Below are positions 10,780-19,524 of a DNA stretch of 64,000 nt, one piece after another (positions within the stretch are counted from its first letter, which is position 1; each line of letters starts with the position of its first letter). Origin of the DNA: an uncultured Candidatus Saccharibacteria bacterium (GTDB lineage: Bacteria; Patescibacteriota; Minisyncoccia; UBA6257; JACOXY01); assembly GCA_964357615.1 (NCBI GenBank), contig CAYHMC010000007.1, forward strand, positions 4,896 to 68,895. Reading direction: 5' to 3'. The position numbers were made by a program, and so were the translations under genes. The notes beneath the pieces were generated by a model. That model saw only the letters and a program-made list of their open reading frames with translations, had not been told where the DNA came from and did not search any database.

Positions 10780-10927
10780 AAATATTTTAAATAGCCCAGT
10801 TTTTACTTGCTGGTTCATCTGTTAAACATTTTATTTGTTTAACAAGACTTGCTTCTAGACTATAAAAAATAATTCCTCGATTATGGTGAGCAAACTCAAT
10901 AACAATAAAAATAGATCTATAGAATAG

Positions 10928-11009
10928 TGGGCAGGGAGGGATTTGAACCCTCAAGGATTTCTCCATACGGTCCTAAGCCGTACGCGTATGCCAATTCCGC
11001 CACCTGCCC
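10928..11009 (-). tRNA. tRNA-Leu(UAG)
   Basis: Reverse complement GGGCAGGTGGCGGAATTGGCATACGCG-TACGG-CTTAGGA-CCGTA-long variable arm-GAGGGTTCAAATCCCTC-CCTGCCC-A; CCA not encoded. Confidence 0.96.
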
Positions 11010-11125
11010 AAACTCAAACAATATAACCTTTAGCCAGTAATCACCCCCAACTAACAGGCGCTAATTTACTAGTATTTAAGATAACAATAATCACTTTCAC
11101 TTGATTGTACTCTATTTATCTTACT

Positions 11126-11154
11126 TTGACAAATTGATGCTTTTATTGTACAAT
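11126..11154 (+). promoter_or_regulatory. Sigma70-type promoter
   Basis: TTGACA-17 bp-TACAAT with extended TG; SD-like AAGAAAGGAA before GTG 11229. Confidence 0.75.
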
Positions 11155-11228
11155 GTTTTCAGTTCGTAGACAAAGCTGGATAATGTGAATTACAACGCTA
11201 AGCACCAAAACTAAGAAAGGAAACGCGA

Positions 11229-12308
11229 GTGACTGACAGCAAAGCATCAAAAAAAACCAAGCAACCTTGGTACAATGAGATTGGGATAATGATAGGACTA
11301 ATTGTTTTCGTCCTTTCTAGCTATTATTTTGGCATTGGTCCGGTTCCTGCACTTCTTGCAGTAATCGCAGCCATTTTGCCATCAGCTGTAATTATTGTAC
11401 CGCCACTTCATTATGCAGTGCATGATATTTTGGGAAAAAGAGTTAAAAGGGTTACCTTCGAAGGCCCTAAGCTTGTTCTTCCTTTTATGGAAAGCATTAC
11501 TCTTATTGAGAGGGAACTTAAGCGAATACCCTTCATCGCAATCTTTACTAGCGAAGACGAGCAAGAAATTCAAATCAAGGGCGAGCTACAATATCGTGCC
11601 GACCCTGAAGTAACCAATCGCGAAGGTTATAATGTTCACGCTGAAATTTCAGACGAAATTTTATCGCACGGCATCAATGAAGCCATCGAATCGAAAGTAG
11701 GCGCACTTGGTGGCCTTAAAGAACTTCTGGAATTTATTAAAAATAGAAATGCGATAGAAGATTTCTTAAATTGCTCTTTTCGATTAAGTAAGCCACCACA
11801 CCTAAACCACGATAGCAATAACTGCGGAATTGCAGACTGCAAATTGCCGGTGTGTGTTGATGCCTGTGACATTCCTGATTATTACAACAAGCATCATCGT
11901 GAAGTTAAGGCGCTCTTAGACAACGATAGCAAAAATACTAAAGACAGATCCAACATCGAAACTCGTTACGGTATCGATGTCATAAGTCTTCCACTTGGCA
12001 CAATCAGTTTTTCGGAAAAAACAAAAGAATCGATGGAAAAAAAGAAACAAGTGGAATTGAGAAGAGATGCTTTTGAAAGCACAGTCGCGATGATTAAAAA
12101 AGTTAGAGAACTTGGAGAAGATGTAACTTTCCAAGAGGCAGCTAATGCGGCTCATTGCGCGCTAGAACCAGAAATTGCTAAGAGCAAAAGAATTGTTTCT
12201 GTGGAAGGAGGACTTGGGATGCTGGGTGCCCTACTCACGAACATGGTCGGCATTACCGGCGACGAAAATCAGAATAAAAAAACTCAGCAAAAAACGGGTT
12301 CTAAATAA
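11229..12308 (+). CDS. SPFH/band-7 (prohibitin-like) membrane protein with a Cys/His-rich insertion
   Basis: Two N-terminal TM helices; AVHDILGKR...EGPKLVLPF, SEDEQEIQIKGELQYR, RYGIDV; C-terminal coiled coil. Confidence 0.65.
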   Translation: MTDSKASKKTKQPWYNEIGIMIGLIVFVLSSYYFGIGPVPALLAVIAAILPSAVIIVPPLHYAVHDILGKRVKRVTFEGPKLVLPFMESITLIERELKRIPFIAIFTSEDEQEIQIKGELQYRADPEVTNREGYNVHAEISDEILSHGINEAIESKVGALGGLKELLEFIKNRNAIEDFLNCSFRLSKPPHLNHDSNNCGIADCKLPVCVDACDIPDYYNKHHREVKALLDNDSKNTKDRSNIETRYGIDVISLPLGTISFSEKTKESMEKKKQVELRRDAFESTVAMIKKVRELGEDVTFQEAANAAHCALEPEIAKSKRIVSVEGGLGMLGALLTNMVGITGDENQNKKTQQKTGSK

Positions 12309-12799
12309 TGGCTCACCGAGTAAAAATTTCAAACGACTACACGTCAATTAGCGCTCTCATTAAGTTAATTATCTTTGTTTCGATTGTTGTATTCGCATCT
12401 CATTGTTTTTATAAATCATCTAACGATAGTGATACGACAAATAATCCGTCCTCAACCGTTAGTGGAAAATGTAGCGAGTTTAGGATTTGGTCATTGACCA
12501 ACAGACGACTACATAATCGTGCTTATATAAACGAATCAATCAATGGCTGCGTTGATATTGATTTGATGGGAGATTATCCATTTACTTTGGAATTTTATTC
12601 AGCTGGACCTGCAATTCACTTCGATTGCACACCTCTTCAAAATGGTGTGTCGGTCGTAGCTATTAAATGTCCAGGAATGCAAAAGCCAATAATCTTGGAC
12701 TCAAATACTAAAGATTATGTTTTAGGCGGCGAATCCTGTGGACAGAGTCCGCTTAAAATTTATGGAACAGGAAGTTGCACATTAAAACTCATAAAGTAA
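12308..12799 (+). CDS. Hypothetical membrane-anchored Cys-containing protein, translationally coupled to the SPFH gene
   Basis: TAATG stop/start overlap, N-terminal TM. Confidence 0.7.
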   Translation: MAHRVKISNDYTSISALIKLIIFVSIVVFASHCFYKSSNDSDTTNNPSSTVSGKCSEFRIWSLTNRRLHNRAYINESINGCVDIDLMGDYPFTLEFYSAGPAIHFDCTPLQNGVSVVAIKCPGMQKPIILDSNTKDYVLGGESCGQSPLKIYGTGSCTLKLIK

Positions 12800-12806
12800 A
12801 ATTAAA

Positions 12807-12835
12807 CCCTCACCAGAATTGGTGAGGGCTTATTT
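12807..12835 (+). terminator. Intrinsic terminator
   Basis: CCCTCACCA-GAAT-TGGTGAGGG followed by a T-rich tract. Confidence 0.75.
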
Positions 12836-12886
12836 ATATTCTAAAACTATATTTAGTTAAAAAAATATTTCTCTTGCTCAGGCAAA

Positions 12887-13234
12887 TTAACCAGCGCTAA
12901 TACCAAGAAAATCACGGACCAAGAAAGTAACCGAGGCGGCAAGGAGAGCTACGCCGATTGCTACTGCTGCATAAATGACTGCATTTGTAGCTTCAGAAAC
13001 TTTGCTAGCATCTCCACCAGAGGTAAGATATTTAAATGCTGCAATAAGCAAAAAGATTACTGCAACAATAAGAAATATGCTGAATAACCAACTTACCACA
13101 TTTTGCAAAAGACCTAATACATATTCAATATTAAAACCAGGAATTGGAGCTGGGGCAACGAGAGCTGCTCCGGCTATCATTGGTAGCAACAAACTAGCTA
13201 CTGCGATTACTCCAGAAATTTTTTGTAATTTCAT
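12887..13234 (-). CDS. VirB2/TrbC-like T4SS pilin
   Basis: Signal peptide plus two TM helices around AAFKYLTSGGDASKV..A...IYAAVAI; near-identical to 14140..14487. Confidence 0.88.
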   Translation of the reverse strand: MKLQKISGVIAVASLLLPMIAGAALVAPAPIPGFNIEYVLGLLQNVVSWLFSIFLIVAVIFLLIAAFKYLTSGGDASKVSEATNAVIYAAVAIGVALLAASVTFLVRDFLGISAG

Positions 13235-13483
13235 AAATTTATAATTATTAACAATAATAAAATTTACGACCTTTAATGAATAAATTATTTAAGCCAACTT
13301 AAAATATAGATAAGTTGCCATATAAGTATTATATACTATATTACCTAAGATTTAATTAATACTGTGGATAAAAATTAAATAGAATAATTTTACAAATAAA
13401 AAACGCCGACCAGAAAATCAGCGCTTTTTATTTGTAATAAGTATTTCTTAGTTACTAACTTACCTAGCAATGAGCAATATATT

Positions 13484-13831
13484 TTACCCTGCAGATATGC
13501 CCAAGAAACTCTCCACCAAACTACGAACGCCACTAGCAAGTAGCGCTACACCAATTGCTACAACCGCAAATATTACTGACCTATTTGCTTCGGAAACCCT
13601 AGAGGCATCTCCACCAGAGGTAAGATATTTAAATGCTGATAAAAGAAGCATTACCACAGCAAAAATCATAAAAATAGCAAAGAGCCAGTTAACTGCTGTA
13701 TCTAAAATGCCCAAAAAAGTTCCAACATTCAAAGTAACACTTGGTGGTGGTGGTAAAGGAGCAGCACTTGCAATCATCGGCAAAAGCATGCTTCCTAAGA
13801 AAAATATTTTTGAAATTTTATTTAACTTCAT
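13484..13831 (-). CDS. VirB2/TrbC-like T4SS pilin
   Basis: SAFKYLTSGGDASRVSEANRSVIFAVVAI, ends LGISAG. Confidence 0.88.
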   Translation of the reverse strand: MKLNKISKIFFLGSMLLPMIASAAPLPPPPSVTLNVGTFLGILDTAVNWLFAIFMIFAVVMLLLSAFKYLTSGGDASRVSEANRSVIFAVVAIGVALLASGVRSLVESFLGISAG

Positions 13832-14139
13832 AAAAAATTTATCAAAACTACGACCTTTTCATAATTATGTTTTAACGATGAAGACTAAGTACCCGATTAA
13901 ATAGTTTAACAAAAAAATATTTAATCGAAAATAATTAATCACATTGTCATATATTAATTCTAAACCCTCAATTCCTGAATTGCAAATAAGTCAATAATGA
14001 TCTTCTATTCATAATTATATTTTATATATTTAACAAAAAATATATTTCCCTAACTAGGAATTAAACACAAAAGCGCTCTGGAACTAAACCAAAGCGCTTT
14101 TTATTATATTACATGGCTAGCTATACAATGTAACTCTAA

Positions 14140-14487
14140 TTAACCAGCGCTAATACCAAGAAAATCACGAACCAAATATTGAACTGAAGCGGCAAGGAGA
14201 GCTACGCCAATTGCAACTGCTGCATATATAACAGATTTGCTTGCTTCTCCTACCTTTGCTGAATCTCCACCAGAGGTAAGATATTTAAATGCTGCAAGAA
14301 GCAAAAAGATTACTGCAACAATAAGAAATATGCTGAATAACCAGCTTACTACATTCTGCAAAAGACCTAATACATATTCAATATTAAAACCAGGAATTGG
14401 AGCTGGGGCAACAACTGCTGCTCCGGCTATCATTGGTAGCAACAAACTAGCTACTGCGACTACTCCAGAAATTTTTTGTAATTTCAT
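14140..14487 (-). CDS. VirB2/TrbC-like T4SS pilin
   Basis: AAFKYLTSGGDSAKVGEASKSVIYAAVAI. Confidence 0.88.
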   Translation of the reverse strand: MKLQKISGVVAVASLLLPMIAGAAVVAPAPIPGFNIEYVLGLLQNVVSWLFSIFLIVAVIFLLLAAFKYLTSGGDSAKVGEASKSVIYAAVAIGVALLAASVQYLVRDFLGISAG

Positions 14488-14705
14488 AAATTATTTTAAT
14501 TATTTGCCGACCTTTTAAAGCCTACTCATTAATAGTAACTAAAAAACAGGCATTCGAGCAAATGTGGATAAGTCTTAGTAAGAACAGAGGGCGCTTAATC
14601 ATAAAAATAATATTTAAAAATATCTAAACAAATCCCAACAATAAGTTAAAAAAACAAACTGCTCCTTGCTATGTTTGTGGTGTGAGCTCTATCAAGATAA
14701 GTTTT

Positions 14706-15026
14706 TTAACCAGCAAACCCTCCACCCGTTATAAGCTCTATGATGAGAGTTGTTATGCCTTTTGATAAATATGCGGTTAGCACTGCTAAAACTGCATAGA
14801 CTAGGGCTCGATTGGCAGTTCTAACTTCTTCTGCATTAGCACCTGCGGTAGCATATTTGAATGCAGAGTAAATTACAGCAATTACAGAAAAAATAATTAG
14901 AGAAGTAAAAACGAAGGCAATGATTCTATCGAAAATTAATAAGACTCCCGCGGAATCAATGTTTGAAACTGATCCAGCTGGATCAACGCCACCGCCAACT
15001 GCTGATTGAGCTAAATATTTAAACAT
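14706..15026 (-). CDS. VirB2/TrbC-like T4SS pilin lacking a signal peptide
   Basis: SAFKYATAGANAEEVRTANRALVYAVLA; begins MFKYLAQ. Confidence 0.85.
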   Translation of the reverse strand: MFKYLAQSAVGGGVDPAGSVSNIDSAGVLLIFDRIIAFVFTSLIIFSVIAVIYSAFKYATAGANAEEVRTANRALVYAVLAVLTAYLSKGITTLIIELITGGGFAG

Positions 15027-15035
15027 AATTATATT

Positions 15036-15425
15036 TTAACCAGCCGCAGCACCACCGCTAATTATTTCCCTTACCAAAGTTATTATTCCTTTAGAAACAA
15101 GCACTAATGCAAATCCAATAATTGCATACATTATTGATTTGCTTCCTCTCCTAAACTGCTCGGCATTGCCACCAGCTGTTAACATTTGAAAAGATCCGAT
15201 TAAAATCATAATAACGGCAATGGGGATAGATATGGTTACCAAAAAACCAATTGCAATATTAATAATATCAACCAAGTTTTTGTCGCCTACAGGATTGGGA
15301 ACAGGAATTACTCCACCAGGCACAATGTCGCCAGCCTGCGCGTATATAAAATTTATATTTATAAATCCAAAAAGCACAACGAAGCTAAGTATTTTTAAAC
15401 TATTCATTACTAATTTAGTATTCAT
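15036..15425 (-). CDS. VirB2/TrbC-like T4SS pilin
   Basis: IPVPNP...GSFQMLTAGGNAEQFRRGSKSIMYAIIG. Confidence 0.88.
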   Translation of the reverse strand: MNTKLVMNSLKILSFVVLFGFININFIYAQAGDIVPGGVIPVPNPVGDKNLVDIINIAIGFLVTISIPIAVIMILIGSFQMLTAGGNAEQFRRGSKSIMYAIIGFALVLVSKGIITLVREIISGGAAAG

Positions 15426-15465
15426 AAATAAAAGTGATTTAATATTATTCTTATATATTTTGATT

Positions 15466-15813
15466 CTAACTGCCAGTTATAAGTTCGCGAATAAGAGTAG
15501 TCGAACCTCTAGCAAGCAACACAAGAGCAAAACCAACTATCGAATAAATAACTGTTTTGGTGCCTTTCCTAAACTGCTCAGCATTACCACCGGATGTTAA
15601 CATTTGAAAAGCTCCAATTAAAACCATCAGCACTGTAATAGGAATGGATACGGTTACTAAAAAATCTATGACTCTATTAATTACATCACTTATGGTCCCA
15701 GAAAATGGGGAAGCGGTTATTATTGGCCCTTGTGCGCTTACTATACTTGCATCCAAAAAAACAATTACCACTAAATAATAAACCAGAAAAATCCCAAGCA
15801 TTTTTTTTAGCAT
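15466..15813 (-). CDS. VirB2/TrbC-like T4SS pilin
   Basis: GAFQMLTSGGNAEQFRKGTKTVIYSIVG. Confidence 0.88.
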   Translation of the reverse strand: MLKKMLGIFLVYYLVVIVFLDASIVSAQGPIITASPFSGTISDVINRVIDFLVTVSIPITVLMVLIGAFQMLTSGGNAEQFRKGTKTVIYSIVGFALVLLARGSTTLIRELITGS

Positions 15814-15913
15814 ACGAATAAAAATATTAGATGGAAAAAATTAATCAATTAAAAACACTTATACAAATAAGCATATCAATAAAAATATCTAAATCAAAAT
15901 CTATATACTGATT

Positions 15914-16834
15914 CTAAAATCTTATATCCCAGTGATTCGTCTCTCTGGCGTAAATATGTCCGGTGTTAGTATCTCTATACAAGGTAGCACCATCACTTCT
16001 AATTCCAGTCCTAACAAATCCATTAGCACCATTCCCAGTATTTCCTGCAATAAAGTTATCCACACAACTTGATAGTCTAAAATCTAATTTATTTCCACTC
16101 TGATGAGAATTCGGTCCAGTCGCATGTCCACCAGAAACTTCCGTGCCTCCAGTTATAACAATAGGACATCCACTCCTACTCTGAAAACTAACTGCTCCAC
16201 TTTGCGCAGATGTCGACAAGCCATCCAAACAAGTTTGTGGGCAATCATTATTAACTGTAATTTTTCCTCCGCTTGCGCTTAGCAATTGGGCTCTTATTAA
16301 ATTGCTTGCAGCTACATCATTACCTGTTCTACTTGTTGGTTGGGGTGCCCTACTACTATTAGGCAAAACAACTCCACCAGGTCCATTTGATGCTGTTAAT
16401 GTTTCTTCGGGTGGACAATCAATTTGATTCCACGGCTTACCAGTTACATTGTTTACTACAAGTAAATAAAAAACTTGATTAATAATGAGCCAAGAAACGA
16501 GCATTAAAATAACTCCTACTATAGCCCCAGTAATGGCACTTCTGCCTTGTTGGATTTTAGAAGGCATAGCTCCACCCAGCATTATTTGTATAGCACCGTA
16601 AGTAATAACAAGAACTGCCAAGATGGCGCCCACCTCAATCATATAGTTTGTGACTGTTTTGATTGTGTTTAGTCCATCGCAGAGGGTGCAATACTTAGTT
16701 CCGGGAGGAAAACTCAATGTTCCATGACACTGGTCTGGATCTATAATAGAAAAAGCATTTGTTGTAAAAGGTAGGAAGATGAGAAAAAGAAGCGGGAGGA
16801 GGAGAATTTTATTTTTGAGAAATATATTTTGCAT
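15914..16834 (-). CDS. T4SS-pilin domain fused to a C-terminal M15-like (Hedgehog/DD-peptidase fold) Zn peptidase
   Basis: Pilin part CTLCD...YGAIQIMLGGAMPSKIQQGRSAITGAIVG; C-terminus ITGGTE...SHQSGNKLDF (HxxxxxxD)...HWD. Confidence 0.72.
   Translation of the reverse strand: MQNIFLKNKILLLPLLFLIFLPFTTNAFSIIDPDQCHGTLSFPPGTKYCTLCDGLNTIKTVTNYMIEVGAILAVLVITYGAIQIMLGGAMPSKIQQGRSAITGAIVGVILMLVSWLIINQVFYLLVVNNVTGKPWNQIDCPPEETLTASNGPGGVVLPNSSRAPQPTSRTGNDVAASNLIRAQLLSASGGKITVNNDCPQTCLDGLSTSAQSGAVSFQSRSGCPIVITGGTEVSGGHATGPNSHQSGNKLDFRLSSCVDNFIAGNTGNGANGFVRTGIRSDGATLYRDTNTGHIYARETNHWDIRF
16361..16817. repeat. 457-bp direct repeat, copy 1 (pilin module)
   Basis: Identical by eye to 17494..17950. Confidence 0.95.
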
Positions 16835-16929
16835 GAATAATTCTCTTCAATTCTAACACAAAAGAGCTCGGAGAAATATCACGCGAAAATACTTATTAAA
16901 GAAAAATTCTAAATATATAAAATCAAAAC

Positions 16930-17958
16930 CTAAAAACATTTTCCAAAATTGCAGGCTTTGCCTTTTATAAAACAAGCATTATATCTTCCTTCTCCTGGCC
17001 TTATTGGACATCCCCATTTTGGAATTGCTGGCCATCCATCTGACACCTTACAATCAACGCTTGAGCCACTTTGTCTTATGCCAGCATTATAAATTGCGTA
17101 AGTTAATTCTTCGACAGTAGCGGCGTTTCCGTAGCGAGATTTTAGCGATTTTGCTGAGGAATATGCATCTGCCAAAACTTTGGTTCCTTGCTGAATATTT
17201 GTATCAGGATTTAATGAACAAGCACCGATTGGTTGCATTAAACCACAGCTTAATCCATCTACAGATCCAGCATTAGGATTACATCTAGACTCCATAGCAA
17301 TGATTGCCTTGATTAGAGATTCTGGAACATTGTATATGTCAGAATATTTAGCTATAGATGTTTGCCACGGTGAAGTATCGCATGTCGGACAAGACCCAAT
17401 ACCAGCGCATATTTGGCCACCACCAGAAAGCTGAGCTTTTGCAGCATTAACATCAGCACACGAATCTCCTCCGCCAGGAGGGGGACTACCGCCAGGCAAA
17501 ACAACTCCACCAGGTCCATTTGATGCTGTTAATGTTTCTTCGGGTGGACAATCAATTTGATTCCACGGCTTACCAGTTACATTGTTTACTACAAGTAAAT
17601 AAAAAACTTGATTAATAATGAGCCAAGAAACGAGCATTAAAATAACTCCTACTATAGCCCCAGTAATGGCACTTCTGCCTTGTTGGATTTTAGAAGGCAT
17701 AGCTCCACCCAGCATTATTTGTATAGCACCGTAAGTAATAACAAGAACTGCCAAGATGGCGCCCACCTCAATCATATAGTTTGTGACTGTTTTGATTGTG
17801 TTTAGTCCATCGCAGAGGGTGCAATACTTAGTTCCGGGAGGAAAACTCAATGTTCCATGACACTGGTCTGGATCTATAATAGAAAAAGCATTTGTTGTAA
17901 AAGGTAGGAAGATGAGAAAAAGAAGCGGGAGGAGGAGAATTTTATTTTTGCCTTTCAT
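16930..17958 (-). CDS. T4SS-pilin domain fused to a C-terminal SLT lytic transglycosylase
   Basis: Likely start ATG 17958 (MKGKNK). SLT motifs VPESLIKAIIAMES (catalytic Glu), CGLMQ, NPDTNIQQG, YNAG. Confidence 0.85.
   Translation of the reverse strand: MKGKNKILLLPLLFLIFLPFTTNAFSIIDPDQCHGTLSFPPGTKYCTLCDGLNTIKTVTNYMIEVGAILAVLVITYGAIQIMLGGAMPSKIQQGRSAITGAIVGVILMLVSWLIINQVFYLLVVNNVTGKPWNQIDCPPEETLTASNGPGGVVLPGGSPPPGGGDSCADVNAAKAQLSGGGQICAGIGSCPTCDTSPWQTSIAKYSDIYNVPESLIKAIIAMESRCNPNAGSVDGLSCGLMQPIGACSLNPDTNIQQGTKVLADAYSSAKSLKSRYGNAATVEELTYAIYNAGIRQSGSSVDCKVSDGWPAIPKWGCPIRPGEGRYNACFIKGKACNFGKCF
17494..17950. repeat. 457-bp direct repeat, copy 2 (pilin module)
   Basis: Identical by eye to 16361..16817. 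Confidence 0.95.
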
Positions 17959-18056
17959 ATATAAAATAAGTTTAACACAAAGCAAAAAAATATTTATGAG
18001 CTGAAAAAATAATTTATCTAAATAAAATAAATGAACTAAATAAAGGATGGGCTTAA

Positions 18057-19406
18057 CTATCTCATGAGCAATGAAACTGCGTCCTCAGCCCTATCAATAG
18101 CAACTTCAGCAGATAATTCGCCCCTTATAACGGCACCAATCATTTCAGAAATTATTCCCTCAATTGAACCTGTGTCTTTTTGCCACCACGATTTTGCTGT
18201 TTGTGATTGACGAACAAAAACTCCAAGCTCTGGGTCATTTTTCTTTCTATCAATTAATGTAAGCAATGCTGGTGGCTTTCCGGTTTCCACTGAATATGCG
18301 TCAGCACTAACTTCGTTGGCCGTAATAGCTGCAATAAAATCCCAAGCCCATTGAGGATTTTCGCTTTGTCTTGATACTGCTAGTCCCCAATAATTTGCAT
18401 AATTTGTTGGTTGCACTGCATCGGCTGGCTGTGGCACCGGCGCAACTCTAAATTTAAGAAAGGCATTCTTAGCTTTTACGATAGGAATTGCATGAGCATA
18501 ATTAAACATAATTGCAGTATTTCCAGACGCAAAACTATCTATTGAATAAGGAAAGCGCTCACTCCATGTATAAAATTGAGAATACGGATTTGCAAACTGT
18601 GTATAAAACTTAAGTCCTTCTAATCCTGGGTTTGTTTTTTCAGTAGACTGAGAAAAAATAGCACTTGTATTTTTACTATTCGTAAATTTTGCTCCTCTCT
18701 GCATCATTATTAAAGAAACTAAATCTGTGGCACGATTGACGCTAAGCGTAGTTCCACCAATCGCAGCAGCTGATAATTTTATATTATTTGTGCCAGTGTC
18801 AATTTCTCTAATTTGCGAAACAACACTTTCAAAATCAGACCAAGTAGTTGGTACAACCGCAATGCTCTTTCGCGCAAATATATCTAAGTTATAAAACATT
18901 GCCAAAGAATCGAGATATAGTGGAAATGCATAAATTGCCGAATCTCTTGTAAAATCGTTCATAACAACCTCTGGAAATAAATCTCTATACTTAACAAATG
19001 GAAATTCAGTAGCCGTTTGCAATCTTTGATCAAGGGGTAAAATCTTACTTTCGTGCTTTGGAAGCCAATTATTTTGAACCATGAAAATATCTGGCCCTCT
19101 TCCTTCCGCCAATGCATTCACAAGGTCATTTTCATAATTTTCAACCTCACTTCGTCCATTGTTTTTTTGGACATAAGGAACATAAGTTATAGTTACATTT
19201 TTATTAGCCTTGCTATATACATCCACGATAGAATCAAATGCTCTTTTGTCATCAATTACACCCCAAACAACTAATTTCATTGTTGGTACACGAACAATAA
19301 TTTTCAACCCTATGATAAATAGAAAATATAAAAACAAAAGCGATCCTACTATAGCTATAATTATTTTTAGCTTTTGAAATGTTAATCCAAAGGGTAAATT
19401 ATTCAT
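18057..19406 (-). CDS. Extracellular solute-binding protein, family 1 (sugar-type), membrane-anchored
   Basis: LVVWG, GRGPDIF, IYAFPLYLDSLAMFYNLDIF, PTTWSDF, FASGNTAIMF and AWDFI motifs. Confidence 0.9.
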   Translation of the reverse strand: MNNLPFGLTFQKLKIIIAIVGSLLFLYFLFIIGLKIIVRVPTMKLVVWGVIDDKRAFDSIVDVYSKANKNVTITYVPYVQKNNGRSEVENYENDLVNALAEGRGPDIFMVQNNWLPKHESKILPLDQRLQTATEFPFVKYRDLFPEVVMNDFTRDSAIYAFPLYLDSLAMFYNLDIFARKSIAVVPTTWSDFESVVSQIREIDTGTNNIKLSAAAIGGTTLSVNRATDLVSLIMMQRGAKFTNSKNTSAIFSQSTEKTNPGLEGLKFYTQFANPYSQFYTWSERFPYSIDSFASGNTAIMFNYAHAIPIVKAKNAFLKFRVAPVPQPADAVQPTNYANYWGLAVSRQSENPQWAWDFIAAITANEVSADAYSVETGKPPALLTLIDRKKNDPELGVFVRQSQTAKSWWQKDTGSIEGIISEMIGAVIRGELSAEVAIDRAEDAVSLLMR

Positions 19407-19524
19407 CCCGTTAGAAATAAGACGCAGACGCCAAAAGCGCCGTACATACTATTATATTAAATTGATATTCTGAAATTTTGATATTAAACATAAATTTTTA
19501 CATGCGTCCGCGAATTCTAACGGG
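19407..19524. mobile_element. 118-bp MITE-like element with terminal inverted repeats and a 6-bp target-site duplication
   Basis: CCCGTTAGAA...TTCTAACGGG termini, internal GACGCA/TGCGTC pairing; flanked by ATTCAT at 19401-19406 and 19525-19530. Confidence 0.75.

Noticed and set aside
8584-10927. oriC
   Set aside because: Only one clear DnaA box (TGTGGATAA, about 8786) and no dnaA/dnaN nearby. By eye, minus-strand genes look leading-strand-like on both sides, so there is no skew switch. Not excluded without a computed skew.
3353-17958. Diversity-generating retroelement behind the long repeats
   Set aside because: Repeat copies look identical rather than differing at adenines, both copies lie in intact genes, and no reverse transcriptase is in the window
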